DNA of 64,000 nucleotides from Phoronis australis (Eukaryota; Animalia; Phoronida). The stretch spans positions 76,748 to 140,747 of the forward strand of contig NMRA01000227.1 of the NCBI GenBank assembly GCA_002633005.1, given 5' to 3'. The notes under the pieces were generated by a model. It had not been told where the DNA came from. It was given only the letters and a program-made list of their open reading frames with translations, and made no database searches. Numbering within the stretch: position 1 is the first letter of the stretch; each line of letters opens with the position of its first letter. Positions 37,601 to 52,000 of the stretch are shown here, one piece after another. The position numbers were made by a program, and so were the translations under genes.

Positions 37601-40600
37601 CCTAAACAACACTTGAAAACCCCTGTCAAGGAACAAAACTGTGCCAGCACATGGTCATCATATATAACTATGCTAAAATCCATCAATCGGATCAAAAGGT
37701 ATCATCCGCAAATGTTCTATTCCAAAATAGCAAGTAGGAGGTGCTGCAGAGGTTAAAGCCATCAGAAAATCAAATGGTGCCAGGACTCTGACATTTTATA
37801 CCTCTGGGTCAAGTTTTATCGAAATCCATCAGCCTGTTCTCTTGATATCACACGGAAATGCTCTTTCCCAAACAACACTTGAAAAAAACCCTTGACGAGA
37901 ACAGAAGGGGACTAGCAAGTGCTGCAATGGTCAAATTTACTGAAAACCTTAACGATGCCCGTACACTGAAATGTGTCATCTGTTTTCTAGATATCAACCG
38001 GAAAGGCTCTTCTCACAAAAATACAAAAAACCATGCACCCCTGACCCCAGGGGGGTGGCGCAGATTGAAAGGTGGCATGAACCGTTCTATTGATGCCCTA
38101 CACCCTTGTGTCAAATTTCATCACAATTCGACTAGAGCGGACACCCAAACAACTGGACAACTGGACAACCGGACAAAGCGACAGCAATATGCGACCACAC
38201 ATTTATATAAGGGCACATAAAAAAGAAGTACGTACCCAACAGGAAATGGTTAACAGTACGACAGAAAGGGACTAACACAAACACCTGTCCTTATTAATTT
38301 ACCATGGGTAAGAGTTTAATGCCATTACCAAAGTGAAAGATTATCTATTACTCACAATGATGTTGAGGTGGCCCTTCTGGCAGGCAAGATGGAGAGGCGT
38401 TGAGCCGTGGTAGTCTGTGGCATTGACAACAGAGCCCTTTTCAATTAGACTAGACACTATATTGGCATGGCCGTGTAGTGAGGCCACATGCAGAGCTGCG
38501 GTGGAATTGAGTGAATAGGGACTTTAGCGTTAGAATTCAGTGAAAACATAAACTATCATGTTAAGGTAATTGTCAATATTCATGGAATCATAAACTTCAA
38601 TATTCACATGCTATAATACGTATTATCTAACATTACATCTACATATCATTTCATTGCTACCCATAACATTTCTTCAGACGCATTATTTGCATACCAAATA
38701 CACCAGATGTTTCAGACAACTTCTGATTTCAATTACATAACAAAGCTTTTCGACCTTTTAATCTTCAACTCACTTAGGATATGTATCGATTCACTCGAAA
38801 TTTTACACAATTATTTAATGGGCTATGGCCGAGAGAACAGAGCCTATTTGCACATTTGATTTTATTTAAAACAATGGAAAGATCAGCAATCAAAGTGATG
38901 GCTTGCGACATTTGACTTTGATCTGTGTTATCTTTACTGTTTGAGGGTAAATCAAAATCTTGAGATCATTTCCCTATGTATTGATATAGTATCATGTAGA
39001 TCAAACACAAAGTTGCCCAGAGCCATTTTTTATCGATTCTTGTTAAAAGCAAAAATGACAATTTTAACTAAAAAATGGCGATCGCGTGCGACACTGAACA
39101 ACTGTGGCAAAGTTTTAACGCATGAACTAAAATTTTCAGTCATCGAGGATTCAGAAAATACAGCACTAAAAGGATTGAAAATGGGTAATTAGATGTCATT
39201 TGAGGAAATTAATAAGAACTTAAGAAGATTGACAATTACCTTAAGGCCTTCAACGGTAACACCTGTAAATTAGGTTCCTACAGTATGTTAATAAGAGCAT
39301 TGCTCCGAGACCACTAGTGCCATAAACTGCCAAATGTAACGAACTGTTAGGCGTAGTGGCTTGCTTTTGTCTACATCACCGCGAGAATCACCTTTTAATT
39401 CAAACAGCTGCAAATAACACCCGCACCCAATGGTGTTCTGTTCAGACCCCTATTCAATACAACCTTGTGTTGTTTGTGCTGGGATCTCGCGGTGACGCAA
39501 CAAGGCACGAAAAGGCAGCTTCACTTATCATTTGACGGGCCTACATTTGCGTGATTGAACTCGCGTTTCCTCATTTTACTAAGACTTTGCTGGACTATGT
39601 GGTTAGCTCAATACACCTAAAATAACGAAATTTCATTGAAGTTAGGCTTTAATTGAAGGGTTTACACAGCTGAGGGTAGTTACGCTAGTACACCCTGTTG
39701 CAAAAGAACCACAATTTGGATATAACAGTCACTTGAACAAATGGGCAAATATTAACGATTACTAAAAATCAGTTATGATGAAAAAGAATGTACCACGTTT
39801 TATATTTTATCCATAGTCAATAAAACTCCTGGTGTACATTGTTCATGGCAGATAGTTTGACTGTAAGCAATATTTCTAGTTGGAAACAGAAATAGTACAG
39901 TGAATAGATATGGATGACAGGAGTGACTCAACAGACCTGTAAAACCCCGGTCATCACGAGAGAAGACCGTCACCACAGCGTCATCATCCCTCAGTTTAGA
40001 CTTGAGTGCTTCACAGTTATCACAGGAGCAAAGCGGATGACACAGGTTCTGTTTAATGTCTTCTGCCTGCATCTGATTGACAGCTAACATCTGTAGCAGC
40101 TGGTCGTGATCCCCCTCCATGGCCAACTGTATGCACACAGTTTTATTAAGCAATAATTTCATACCCATATATGAATAAGACAGTATGCATTTAACAAAAT
40201 AGGCATTTCAATAAATACTCATAAACACTTTTTCATCCCATACTTCCAAGCACTGCAGTCCAATGGACCCACCTTCCAAAATGTTTAGTGACCAGAAATG
40301 ATTACACCGACGAAGAATGACAATACTTCAATCAAAAAAAATATGGAACTAAACACAACAATAAAACATTTTTGTTTCTTTAGTTTAATTTCTTACAACT
40401 TATCAAAATTATATCTAAGGTGACACACCCATGAACTCAACATGCATCCTTTTCAGCTCAATTGCATCAACTGATGCTAAAAACAGCCTCCGGTGAACAC
40501 TACACAAAAGTTTAACACGTACAACGTTGCCAATAAAAGTGATATTTTGCCTAACCTAAACTATAACTAAGTTTGAAACAAAAGTTCTTCACCAGTTAAG

Positions 40601-42989
40601 AAAGTGCAATAGAACTGATTACTATAATGACATTTTGCCTAAACTAAATTATAATTAAGTTTGAAATCAAAGTTTCTTCACGAGTTAAGAAAGCAGCTTC
40701 TCAGAAACTCAGAAATGAATGTCACAGCAGACAGTCTTCCTGCCCATAAAATCTCATTAAATTCAGTCAATATCCCAGTAAGATAAAAAACTAGGTCCAT
40801 GATTAACTTAGTTACACACACAATTAACTGGAGACACCATGCTTTTATTCATAGGAATGCAATGTATCGTTTGGTTTACATGAATATTTCCTTTGCTGAA
40901 AAATGGCAATAAAAAATTTGAATTCTAATTCACAAATATAGTAATAATTAATTAAGAAAAATCTTTTGGCACAGTAGACATCAATATACAATACCTGGAA
41001 AAATTTTTCAATGCCTTGATTACTAGACGAGCCACTCAACTGTCTTTGTGGGGTCTTCATTTCCATGTTGAATTTCTATAACAAGAAAACCAGAGCTCTT
41101 TAAGCACATCTCAAACCTTATTCACAAATAGCCATTTTTACAATATTTCGCATAAGTCTAGCAAACCTATTACCGGTAATCTTCATTCTCGGGGAACCTT
41201 TAATACGAAATAAATACCATGCAGCGAGAAAAAAAAAATTAGCAGAACCCCCTCCCTGACCTTCAACCACATGGAAATTTGTTAACTTTGCACCCAAGGT
41301 CAAAGGTTACAGAACAGTCACTCAAATCAAATCTTCCGCTTGGCTTGTACACTTCCCATTCACTAATTGGCCGAAAGATTGAGTTAACAAGGTGTACATA
41401 GCATGGAAAGACGCCGCAGAAAATGAAGATAAAATGTATTTTTGATCCGCTGTTTCGATATCGTCCTCGCGGTACTTTCTCGATTCCTATTCTACATTTT
41501 GTACTTGGTTTCTTTGAGTCACCCCGGCGCATGCTTCGGCATGTGTTGTGTACTAGTATTTTTAAAAGGTCAAGAGGTAAACTCCTCCCTAACCAAGTTT
41601 CACTTGATTCATTGTCAACCAACTTTAAAAAATTAGTGATAATTAAATTAATTATGCACTGCAAATTTAGTTGACATTAAGAGTGAATGTTCAAATAGCT
41701 AACAAGATAGTAGCATACATATACTGAGGATAAATAAGTTTTCACCGAATAGTTGATCGGAAACCTTCACATTTTCACGACTTTTCTCAGCTTCGACTAA
41801 TCGACTTGAATTGAACTAAGGAATACGAGTTCTTGAAAACGACTAGCTGAATTTCACTGAAACTTTCCAATTTTTTAAAATACTAAAATATTTATTCACC
41901 AGTCTCTAAAACGGTGTTTAGATTTTTTGAATGCCTTGTTTTTGCTACCACAAGGCAAAAGCGTTAGCGGACCAAGGGGATATTTTGCTATGAATGTACC
42001 TTTCTTAAAAATGAAATTTTGACTTAAAAAGTTGATAATATAACAATAATAAAGGCCCATTAATACAAACTATATTTTTTTAATCTCTAATCTTTTTTCT
42101 TTCAGAAAATAGATCCCTGTACAAGTTGACATTGCCTGTTTTTTGACATTTGAGTTAAAATTGAGGTCACTAAGGTTTGAGATAACATTCTTGAAACTTA
42201 GTTTTTAGTGTTTCCACTGTTGTCAGAAATATCATTATTTAAAGAATACAAAATACAGGACACATTGATTAATATCAAAATTTTGGCAACGTATACATTA
42301 TCTTTATTTGTGCTGTTTTCAACGTGCTATCTCCAACATTGAAAAACTTTTACGTGAAACAAAGGCTACGCACTCATTAAAAACTTAAACTAGGCAAAGG
42401 CGAAAAAGAACAGAGTGTACCATGCTGGTTAAAGTTATGTGTGCTGTAACGAACACAGCTCAGATAATGTTGAGAATCAGACCTGGACAAGATTCATAGG
42501 ATGTTGAGAATCAGATCTGAACAAGATTCAGATAATATTGAGAATCAGACCTGAACAAGAACAGTTCAGATTTTGTTGAGAATCAGATCTGACCAACAGT
42601 TTAGAAGTAAAGAAGACAATGCTGAGAGACACTCATGACACTGCATTGTGTATTACTGTGAAGAATGCTGACAGGCAATTATGATGCTCCACGGCTATTC
42701 ATACAAACCCTTGACTTCTCTCGCCATTTCTTGTCAAGCTGACCACTTCTCACATACTCAATGGCAGCCTCCATACTGGCCAAATAAAACCTGAAAGATG
42801 AAGTAACATATTAAGAATGCTCTTCTCAACACAAGGTTCTGGAGTGCTGTGACAACATGACATTATTACAAATGAACTGTGTAACTATCTCCATCCTATG
42901 CACCAGCAGCATCAGCAGCATCATCAGCAGCATCAGCATCATCAGCAGCATCATCAGCATCAGCAGCAGCAGCATCAGCAGCAGCAGAA

Positions 42990-43022
<33 letters not shown>

Positions 43023-46000
43023 GAAGCAGCATCAGCAGCAGCATCAGCAGCAGCATAAGCATCAGCAGCAGCAGCAGCAGCATCAGCAGCAGCATCAGCA
43101 GCAGCAGCAGAAGCAGCAGCAACGTCAAGCGAATTAAATTACTTGAATTAAAACAAATGAATACGTCACAATAAACATTTCATTAGAGTTGCCAAATAAG
43201 AACGCTATTTTTGTAATGTGTTCGCTCAACAACAAATTAAAGTAAAGAATGTCCAGCATCTCTATTAGTAACAACAACAGCACTGTAAAAATCCTAATTT
43301 CCAAGTTCTGACCACACTGAACGTGTTAAAAACACAATAACCCATTCTTAATGCAGGCAGTGCATGTATATAGTTTCCCAATTTTCCTAGAGATGGCGTT
43401 CTCAACCACCTAGTGCCTCAGTTATATTTTTAGGGCGTTGTCTCGGGGTTAAGTCATGATTTAAGCAACCCCCCTTTCGATACTATTATTTCCATTGGTT
43501 GTGTAAGTTGAGATACTGTCTGGGCAAATCAGCTTTCTAGGTTTTCGCGGAGTATTTAAACGTCCGAACAAGCACCAGTTGCCTTATTCTCTCCTGGATT
43601 GTCATATGTATTGTATGTTGATTACCAGACTGTTTTGAGGCAAACGCTGTAAGTATACATTTGTTTATCGTTCAACGTTAGATACCGATGTTTTGGATAG
43701 CTGTGCATTTGTAGTTTGCGTTTTGTCAGCTGTAGACTGGACTATTATTATGCAGACCTAGACATGCCGTTACGTTGCAACCATTGTGCTTTTTGGTAGT
43801 CAATTATTATGTTTACAGATTTCTTGTTGTATTCATATTTCTATTTTGTGAACTAGTTTTGCAAAGTGCTACAACAGTTGTCTATACGAGTTGTACTGCC
43901 TTGGAACTTTAGGGGTTTATTCCGCCATGTTTTTTCCTGAGTTTGTATTTCCTCAAGTGCAGTTTCCGTTAGACGTTAATTGAACATTACGTAGAAGGTG
44001 TAACGATATCGTGGTGGTTGCATAATACTAATGGTAAAGTTTAGACTTAGTAACTTAGACTGTTTTTTGTAAACGTTTCAGATAACCGATATGAAAACCG
44101 ATACAATACGATGTATCAACGATAAACGACGAACGTAATAAAGTATATCGAGTTGTAGACGCCTCTTTCTCTATTGCATCAACGTTTGAGCAGCAATACC
44201 CATGGTAAGTATTTAGCTGTTCACTTTCATCCTACACCTGCTGATGTCGAAAGTTTACGTGAGATCTATGAACAATACTGCGCATTACTACAGACTACAC
44301 ACGAGATAAAGTAATTACAAGCAACCCATTTTTGTTAAAAACTTCCGTTGCACAGAGGAACCCTTACTAAGGATATTACAAAGCTATTTTAGTGAAGTTG
44401 TAGAGATTCTCTCAAAGTAACTACGGAGACTTACTGAAATTCATCATTAGTGGTGCTGGCTGCAAATCTAAATTTAGTCATATAGGCCAGGTTGGCCAGC
44501 CAGTTAGGGATGTCAGCCTTGACCACAAGGAACACCAAAATGGGCAACAGGTCATCAGAGGTCATGGCTTGGTCAGCATCTGAAATGGATAAGGGCCAAG
44601 TGGTGAGACAAACCTGTCAGGACATTGTGTGTTCTTCTGGTAAAGGAAGAGAAAAACATTTGATCTGGAGACTGTTCTAGCTTGCAGGACACCAAGAATT
44701 CCTTCCAGATAGAAGAAATTGACATGAAAAGAAATTGTTGCCAGTACAAAAACTTTTGACTGTGTATAAATATTATATTACATTATTTCTCATTACTACA
44801 AAGTACAAGGTGCAGACTCAATGGCAACTTACTACAAGTGCCATCTGTTGTCAGTGACTGTGTTAAAGTACTGATGACTCTCTTTAGGCAGGACAGTTTA
44901 CCAAGTGGCGTGGAGTAACGTATAAGGAAGCCCAACTCTGTACGAGCCTTCGGGATTGTCCTCCTAGAAAATAATTTGATATTTTGTAACTCAAAGATAC
45001 CGGCCAGTGCACAGTAAATGCAACTTTACGTTAATATACACATGTACAATGAAGGTAACTCAAAGATGCTAGGAACCAACCCTTGATAAGAAGCCTAGTT
45101 TTGATTTACTTTAGATTTACTGCTATCAAACTGACTTATTCCTAACTCTGATAAAAAGCATCTGGCCTTAGAAGAACTGACAGTTCCTTAGTGATTAAGG
45201 CCATGCTGGGCTCATGAACTAAGTCATCAGGCCATGCTGGGCTCATGAACTAAGTCACCAGGCCATGCTGGGCTCATGAACTAAGTCACCAGGCAATGCT
45301 GGACTCATGAACTAAGTCACCAGGCAATGCTGGGCTCATGAACTAAGTCACCAGGCAATGCTGGGCTCATGAACTAAGTCACCAGGCCATGCTGGGCTCA
45401 TATACTAAGTCACCAGGCCATGCTGGGCTCATGACCTAAGTCACCAGGCCATGCTGGACTCATAAACTAAGCCCCCAGGCCATGCTGGACTCATAAACTA
45501 AGTCACCAGGCTACGCTGGACTAAGTCACCAGGCCATGCTGGACTCATAAACTAAGTCACCAAGCCATGCTGGACTCATGAACTAAGCCACCAGGCCATA
45601 CTGGACTCATAAACTAAGTCACCAGGCCATGCTGGACTCATAAACTAAGTCACCAGGCCATGCTGGGCTCATGAACTAAGCCACCAGGCCATGCTGGACT
45701 CATAAACTAAGTCACCAGGCCATGCTGGGCTCATATACTAAGTCACCAGGCCATGCTGGGCTCATAAACTAAGTCACCAGACCACGCCGGACTCATAAAC
45801 TAAGTCACCAGGCCATGCTGGATTCATGAACTAAGTCACCAGGCCATGCTGGACTCCTAAACTAAGTCACCAGGCCAGACCAACTTGATGAATCTGGTCT
45901 CACAATAACAAGCTGTCACACCTTCACAAGCTCAGAAATCAATTCTAATCTGAATAGAGAGGATGTGCTTTTAAAAAAGTAAGTGGTCTCAATAGTTAGC

Positions 46001-49000
46001 TTTCTGATACAAAGCAGACCAGCTTTAAAATTTTGTTTTGTTTGAATTTTAAAGAGCTCCGTAATGCGAAAAACAGACTAGACTAAGTTGCATTATTTAA
46101 AGTGGTTCTCTGCCACTGAAACGTAATTCTACCTATTTAATAAATATTTTTGCAGTTTGTTCGTAAAAATTTGAATTTTTATTGATGCCAAAGCATTTGT
46201 CTTTTAGTTTTGAATTTCAAAAAGGCCTGTCAAGTGCTTGTCACTTCATCAATTTCTTCCCTCAAGGCAAAGCACATCTCGTTATTTGGCATGGCAAGAC
46301 ATTGATCTAGCACATTTCCCTTACATGTACAATGTGACCTTTGACCTTTGATGCACACAAAACAGAGGCAACTTCAAGCAGCAACAACTTCTATTAAGAG
46401 GTAATAGAAGTTAGTGCTAACTGTTTAAAATTAGTTACAAAGGTATCAAAGTACTCATTGCACACGTCATTGTTTTTAGGAAATCGCTTGCTTCACTGGC
46501 GTGTCTCATACTGTGCTGTTGACCTGATTTGGACTGCAATCACATATCAAAATCTGTCGTTAATATCCATCTTGATAATCAGCTGTTTTTTGACTGACTG
46601 TGAGCGCATTTGTGCATTTATCAAAAATAGGAGGGACATTAGAAACACAGTAGTGACTACAGTTTTTCTTAGTGCACATTTCAAAAATCAGGAAACTCCT
46701 TCAAATGGGAAAGTGAATAACTGTAGTCGCTGTTGCATGATGGTACTTTCGTCAGGAATAGTTTAAAAGATAACTTTGACGAGCTTTAGCATTCCATGCC
46801 TCTTTAACTGCTCAAGAACATATTAATTTTTAGGGAAAACAAGATCAGAATGCACAGAATCATTAAAGCAATATTTGAGCTCTTGGTGTAGAGCAGCAGA
46901 GGAGCATATAAAGATCTCAAGATTTCATTTTTAAATGTTATGATTATTATATTTATTGCACAAAACACATTGAACTGCAGTTAACAAGCACATAAACAAC
47001 AAGGCATTGTATCTAGGTTGGAGAAATAATCTAGTTTAGGTAATTAAAATAAAAGTCAAGTGTAACTCACAATATATACAAATGAACTACATTGATGATG
47101 GACTGATTCATTGTGATCAATAATTTAACACATGTCTATGGATAAATGAGACACAGGGAATTTAGGCCAGTCAGTATTAGACCTGATGAGCAACAAACAT
47201 CATTCAAAGTAGTCAAGAGCACCCTAATATAAAAAGAAATTAGTTTATCATGGAAATGATCAAGATTAAGATTGCAGCTAACAAAAATCTTATTTTATAT
47301 CTAGCCTAGTGGAGGAGCTCAAAGATAGTTATATGTACAACGCGAGTACAACGCGAGTACAATGTGAGTACAACGTGAGTACAATGTGAGTACAACTGAG
47401 TATATGGAAGTGGAAGCTCCTTTCAGCTTCACTGAGTATAAAGTTAAATATGGCCGTCCAAATTTGTGTAACTTTGACATTTTAACTACATATCGCTTCC
47501 TTTAACTAAATGCCATCATCGTCGCAATCATCGCATATTAGTTCAATCATAAAACAATGAAGGATAAAAAATGAACATTTAGTGAAACGCAAACTTACTT
47601 GAACTCAGGGCGGATGTTGAGTTCTTTAAACTGTAGATCGGCAAGATTTCGGTTGACTTTGTTAAATGACGCATCTTGCTTGGCATAGTACGTGCATATG
47701 CCCTTAAAAACTTTCTTGTAAACAAAATGGAGTACATAGGTCTGAAAATAAGTTACGATAAAATACAAATTAAAGGAAGAAAGCAGAACAACACAATTAG
47801 ACTTTACTTCCCCAACCCATTGAAACAAAAAGACCACTCCACTAACACAATGATTTAAACATAACAACCGGTCAATTGGTCTCACACAGAGGTTAAGTAT
47901 TGTTATCTCACAGTGTATACACTTGGTGTCGACACAAATTTAGTAAAACACAACAACCGGTCAACTGGTCTTGTGCAGAGGTCAGAGTTAATGATTGACC
48001 TGTCACAGTGTATACAGTTGGTGAAAGAGAAAATACTGGTTCTAAGACACTTTGAAACATTGCTGTGAGTTCCTTAATAGCTGTGAGATTCTAGTGTGCA
48101 GAATGCCATCATTATATACCTCTACTGCCACTTTTATCTTGTCCATGTAAGCCTTGTTATGTCGTGCATTGGCTTTCTGAGAAGAAAGAACAAATTAAAG
48201 TAGCCACATCAATGCTGCAATGTTCAAACGTTGAACAGTGAAAATGACTGGAATTATCGACAGTAATACATCAATGAATAGTCAAGATTGTGCGAGTGTC
48301 ACGTTTAGTGTTCAACATGTTCATTAACAGAAAGAGACACAGGTGTCTATGAGGACCTGGACAATTTCTTTACGAAATTAATTCAAAGAAAAAAATAGTA
48401 AAAATAACAAGAAATGTGGACTTGTCTGAAATGCTAATGCACAACGTGCGACTCCCAATAGCAGAGATTTCCAAAAAAATTGTAAAAGGAAAGAGAACCA
48501 GAAGGGCCCTCTTGTAAACTAGGTCCAAAAAAGCACACCTGGATAGTCTTTAGGGATTGCATTGCATGTCTGGCACATGCATACAAAATATGGGAATGAT
48601 ATCATTATTAATTAAAAGGGTAGTTAAAAGCTAATAATTTCAAGTCTTATCCAAAAGTCCCAAAATGTTTTCACTCATAAAACGATATAATGTCCCTTTA
48701 ATACAACTTTCTTCTAAGAGAAGCAATGCAAGCTCTTCTCAGGTCCAACATCATCTCTGGAAAAATTGGAGGGCTCTATTGGAAGTCCCTGGTACACTTA
48801 TGGTACTCCTATAAGATGCCTGAACAAAACATTAGTTGTTTGCCTCAGTCTGTTGTCTAAAGCAATTGTACAAACCTCGTCCACATGTCACACACAGTGA
48901 AAAGCAGAGGAAGAATTGTGTGAGCATTTGGCATATATGCATATTATTAAGTTTTCACTAAGTTTCATAATACTTTCACATTCACCCTTAAAAGCAATTC

Positions 49001-52000
49001 TACAAGGAAATTTTTGAAGTTTTGGTGAAAAACTTACTAAATAAGAATCTTTCATTACAATTTGGACGGCTTTGGTGAACAGAGTTTGAGTAGCATCCTG
49101 TAAAAAGTGAATGAAAATGAGACAAGTGCCTTCACTGTACAAATATTAGTTCACACATTAATGTGAACTTAGTTGTGACACTAGATACTGCATTAGAATC
49201 ACTCCACACAGAATATGATACTAAATAGTTTTACAAACTCTTGTTAAACACAAAGTGGGGACCAGTTGTCATGGTGCCACTTGCTTCACTGAAGCCACAT
49301 TTACACCAACATCAGATCACAAACTGGATCAGCACCAGTCAAGTACACCAAGACTGTCTGCGCATGCTCGCATAAACAATAGCGAACGTCCAAACCACAT
49401 GGAATGCTAGCAAACCACCCGTATATACACTATTGCGCAAGTGTAACAGAGATGATCCCTCCTATCTTGCCCCAGTTTGTGTTCAGACGAGTAGTCAAAA
49501 CTGAAGCAACCCATTGAGTGCAAGTTGCTCTCCTTCTCATACCGGTATCAAAAATGGCCGCTCAACAAATTTCGTGTCAGTCGTCTTTACACAAACACTT
49601 GCACTTGATCAACTGTTCCATTTTAGTTGCTATGCAACAACCGTCTACCATGTAAATGTGGCTTGAGTGTATCAGTATTACAAAAACTGGTAATTTTGTG
49701 CAATCAGAAACTGTAAAATACACTGTCTTTTAATTATTGTACTTGTCTAAGGGTTATGAAGGACCTTGTCTAAGGGTTATGAAGGACCTTCTCTAAGGGT
49801 TATGAAGGACCTTGTCTAAGTGTTATGAAGGACCTTGTCTAAGGGTTATGAAGGACCTTGTCTAAGGATTATGAAGGACCTTGTCTAAGGATTATGAAGG
49901 ACCTTGTCTAAGTGTTATGAAGGGTCCATGTGTCTGTGTATGCAATAGCCAACTGTACATTTTAACTCAGTAAAAGTTTATGTTTTTTGAAAGTAAAAAG
50001 CCTGTAACATTTCATTTTTGACTTCAAACCAATCACTTATTAATTGGGTCACATGATCATGTATTTTTAGTAAAATTTAGCAAAAAGGAAAGGTATCAAT
50101 AACAGGACCAACTTTTGTTCGATATACGCAAGATGAAATCTCAAAAACACTGTTACAGTTATCTCAATTATCATTTCATTTTCATTCTATGCAACATTTG
50201 AACTTTTTCATGAAAATGATAAAGTCCAATTTCTTGATCGCCCCTCGTGCAAAAGTGAAACTTTAAAAACAATTCCTACGGTGTTTTAGAGAACAGTGCA
50301 AACAGCATGGGGTCTGAAAGTTTCATTTGAATGTGACCAGCCATTTTTGAGAAATGATGTTCTGATCTTTGTCAAATCTGGCCATTTTTGAGACATGATG
50401 TTCTGATCTTTGTCAAATCTGGCCATTTTTCGAAGATTTCTACATAACTTAAATGGTGATACTCTAATGATCCTGTTTGTACATGTGAACAATTAATGAT
50501 TAGTTACAACCGCCAACTCACAATATGATGCCTCAGTGATGCAATGTCTGATCTGTAGTTTTTTATAAATAAATCCAAGAGTTTCGTTAACTGCTTTTGT
50601 GACTTGTCCGTGTCTGAAAGTAAAAGAACCATTAACGACTCAACAGACTTTGCATGTATGTGCAACTTACTTAGTAAGCCAGGCTACCAACTTCTCAGAC
50701 GCATTTCATGGACATAGACATAGAAGGGAATAAAATATGACAAAATTATCTCTGACCATTTTCTTACATTATGGGCGACTCGAAAGTTACTGGGTGGCAC
50801 AAGTAAGAGAACAGTCTTACTTGTAAATATGCATTCAAGTAGTCACGAGGGACATTCACTCCACAGGTGTATACATGCATGTAGTCACATGGGACATTCA
50901 CTCCATATGTAGTCACGAGGGACATTCACTCCACAGGTGCATGCATGCAGGTAGTCGTGTGGGACATTCAGTCCATAAGTGTACGCATACAAGTAGTCAC
51001 ATGGGACATTCACTCCATATGTAGTCACGAGGGACATTCACTCCATATGTAGTCACGTGGGACATTCACTCCACAGGTGCATCCATGCAGGTAGTCGTGT
51101 GGGACATAAGTGTACGCATACAAGTAGTCACATGGGACATTCACTACACAAGTGTGTGTAAGCAGGTAGTCACATGGGACATTCAGTCCATAAGTGTACG
51201 TATGTAAGCAGTCACGTGGGACATTCACTCAACAGGTGTATACATGCAGGTAGTCCAGCGGAACATTCACTCCATAGGTGTATACATGCAGGTAGTCATG
51301 TGGGACATTCACTACACAGTAGTCAGACATGTGGGACAAAAACACCCACATGCTTATGAACTGCTTTCTGCTTTTAATTTATTCAGATGTTGAATATTAA
51401 GTGGCCCATTACTTACATGGAAATCAAATAAACAGCAGTTTTTAAATGAAAAACCTTGATGACAGTGAAATACGTGGAGAGGGACAGAAGTCAGTGAAAA
51501 ATCAACCAAAAAGTCAGTTTGAATAAGAGCTACAAAGACGAGCAGAAATATTGACGATAACAGCTGCAGGAAATAAAAAAATGTGAACTGTGTTTACAGG
51601 TATATACCTAAACGCATTTACAGGTATATGTACCTGAACTGTATTTACAGGTATATACTTGAACTGCGTTTACAGGTATATGTAACTGACGTGTTTACAT
51701 GTTCATCAGTGGTTACATACCTCCATGTGAAGTGTTTACATGTTCATCAGTGGTTACATACCTCCATGTGAAGTGTTTACATGTTCATCAGTGGTTACAT
51801 ACCTCCATGTGAAGTGTTTACAAATTCATCAGTGGTTACATACCTGCATGTGAAGTGTTTACAAGTTCATCAGTAGATACATACCTCCATGCCCAAACAA
51901 CAGATCTGTGCAGTCATCAAAAGTTTGAAGGGTTGTGAATGGAACTGAGTTGGACGAGTCATCTAAAATTGTGAACAACAAAGAGTTACTTCAAATTTGT

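Noticed and set aside
42826-43174. PolyQ/H, polyS and polyL ORFs
   Set aside because: Products of an intronic trinucleotide repeat, with no exon context.
45197-45878. CRISPR array
   Set aside because: Head-to-tail units without unique spacers, inside an intron, and no cas genes.
50838-51337. CRISPR-like repeat with variable spacers
   Set aside because: The linkers are short and homologous to each other, as in a degenerate minisatellite.
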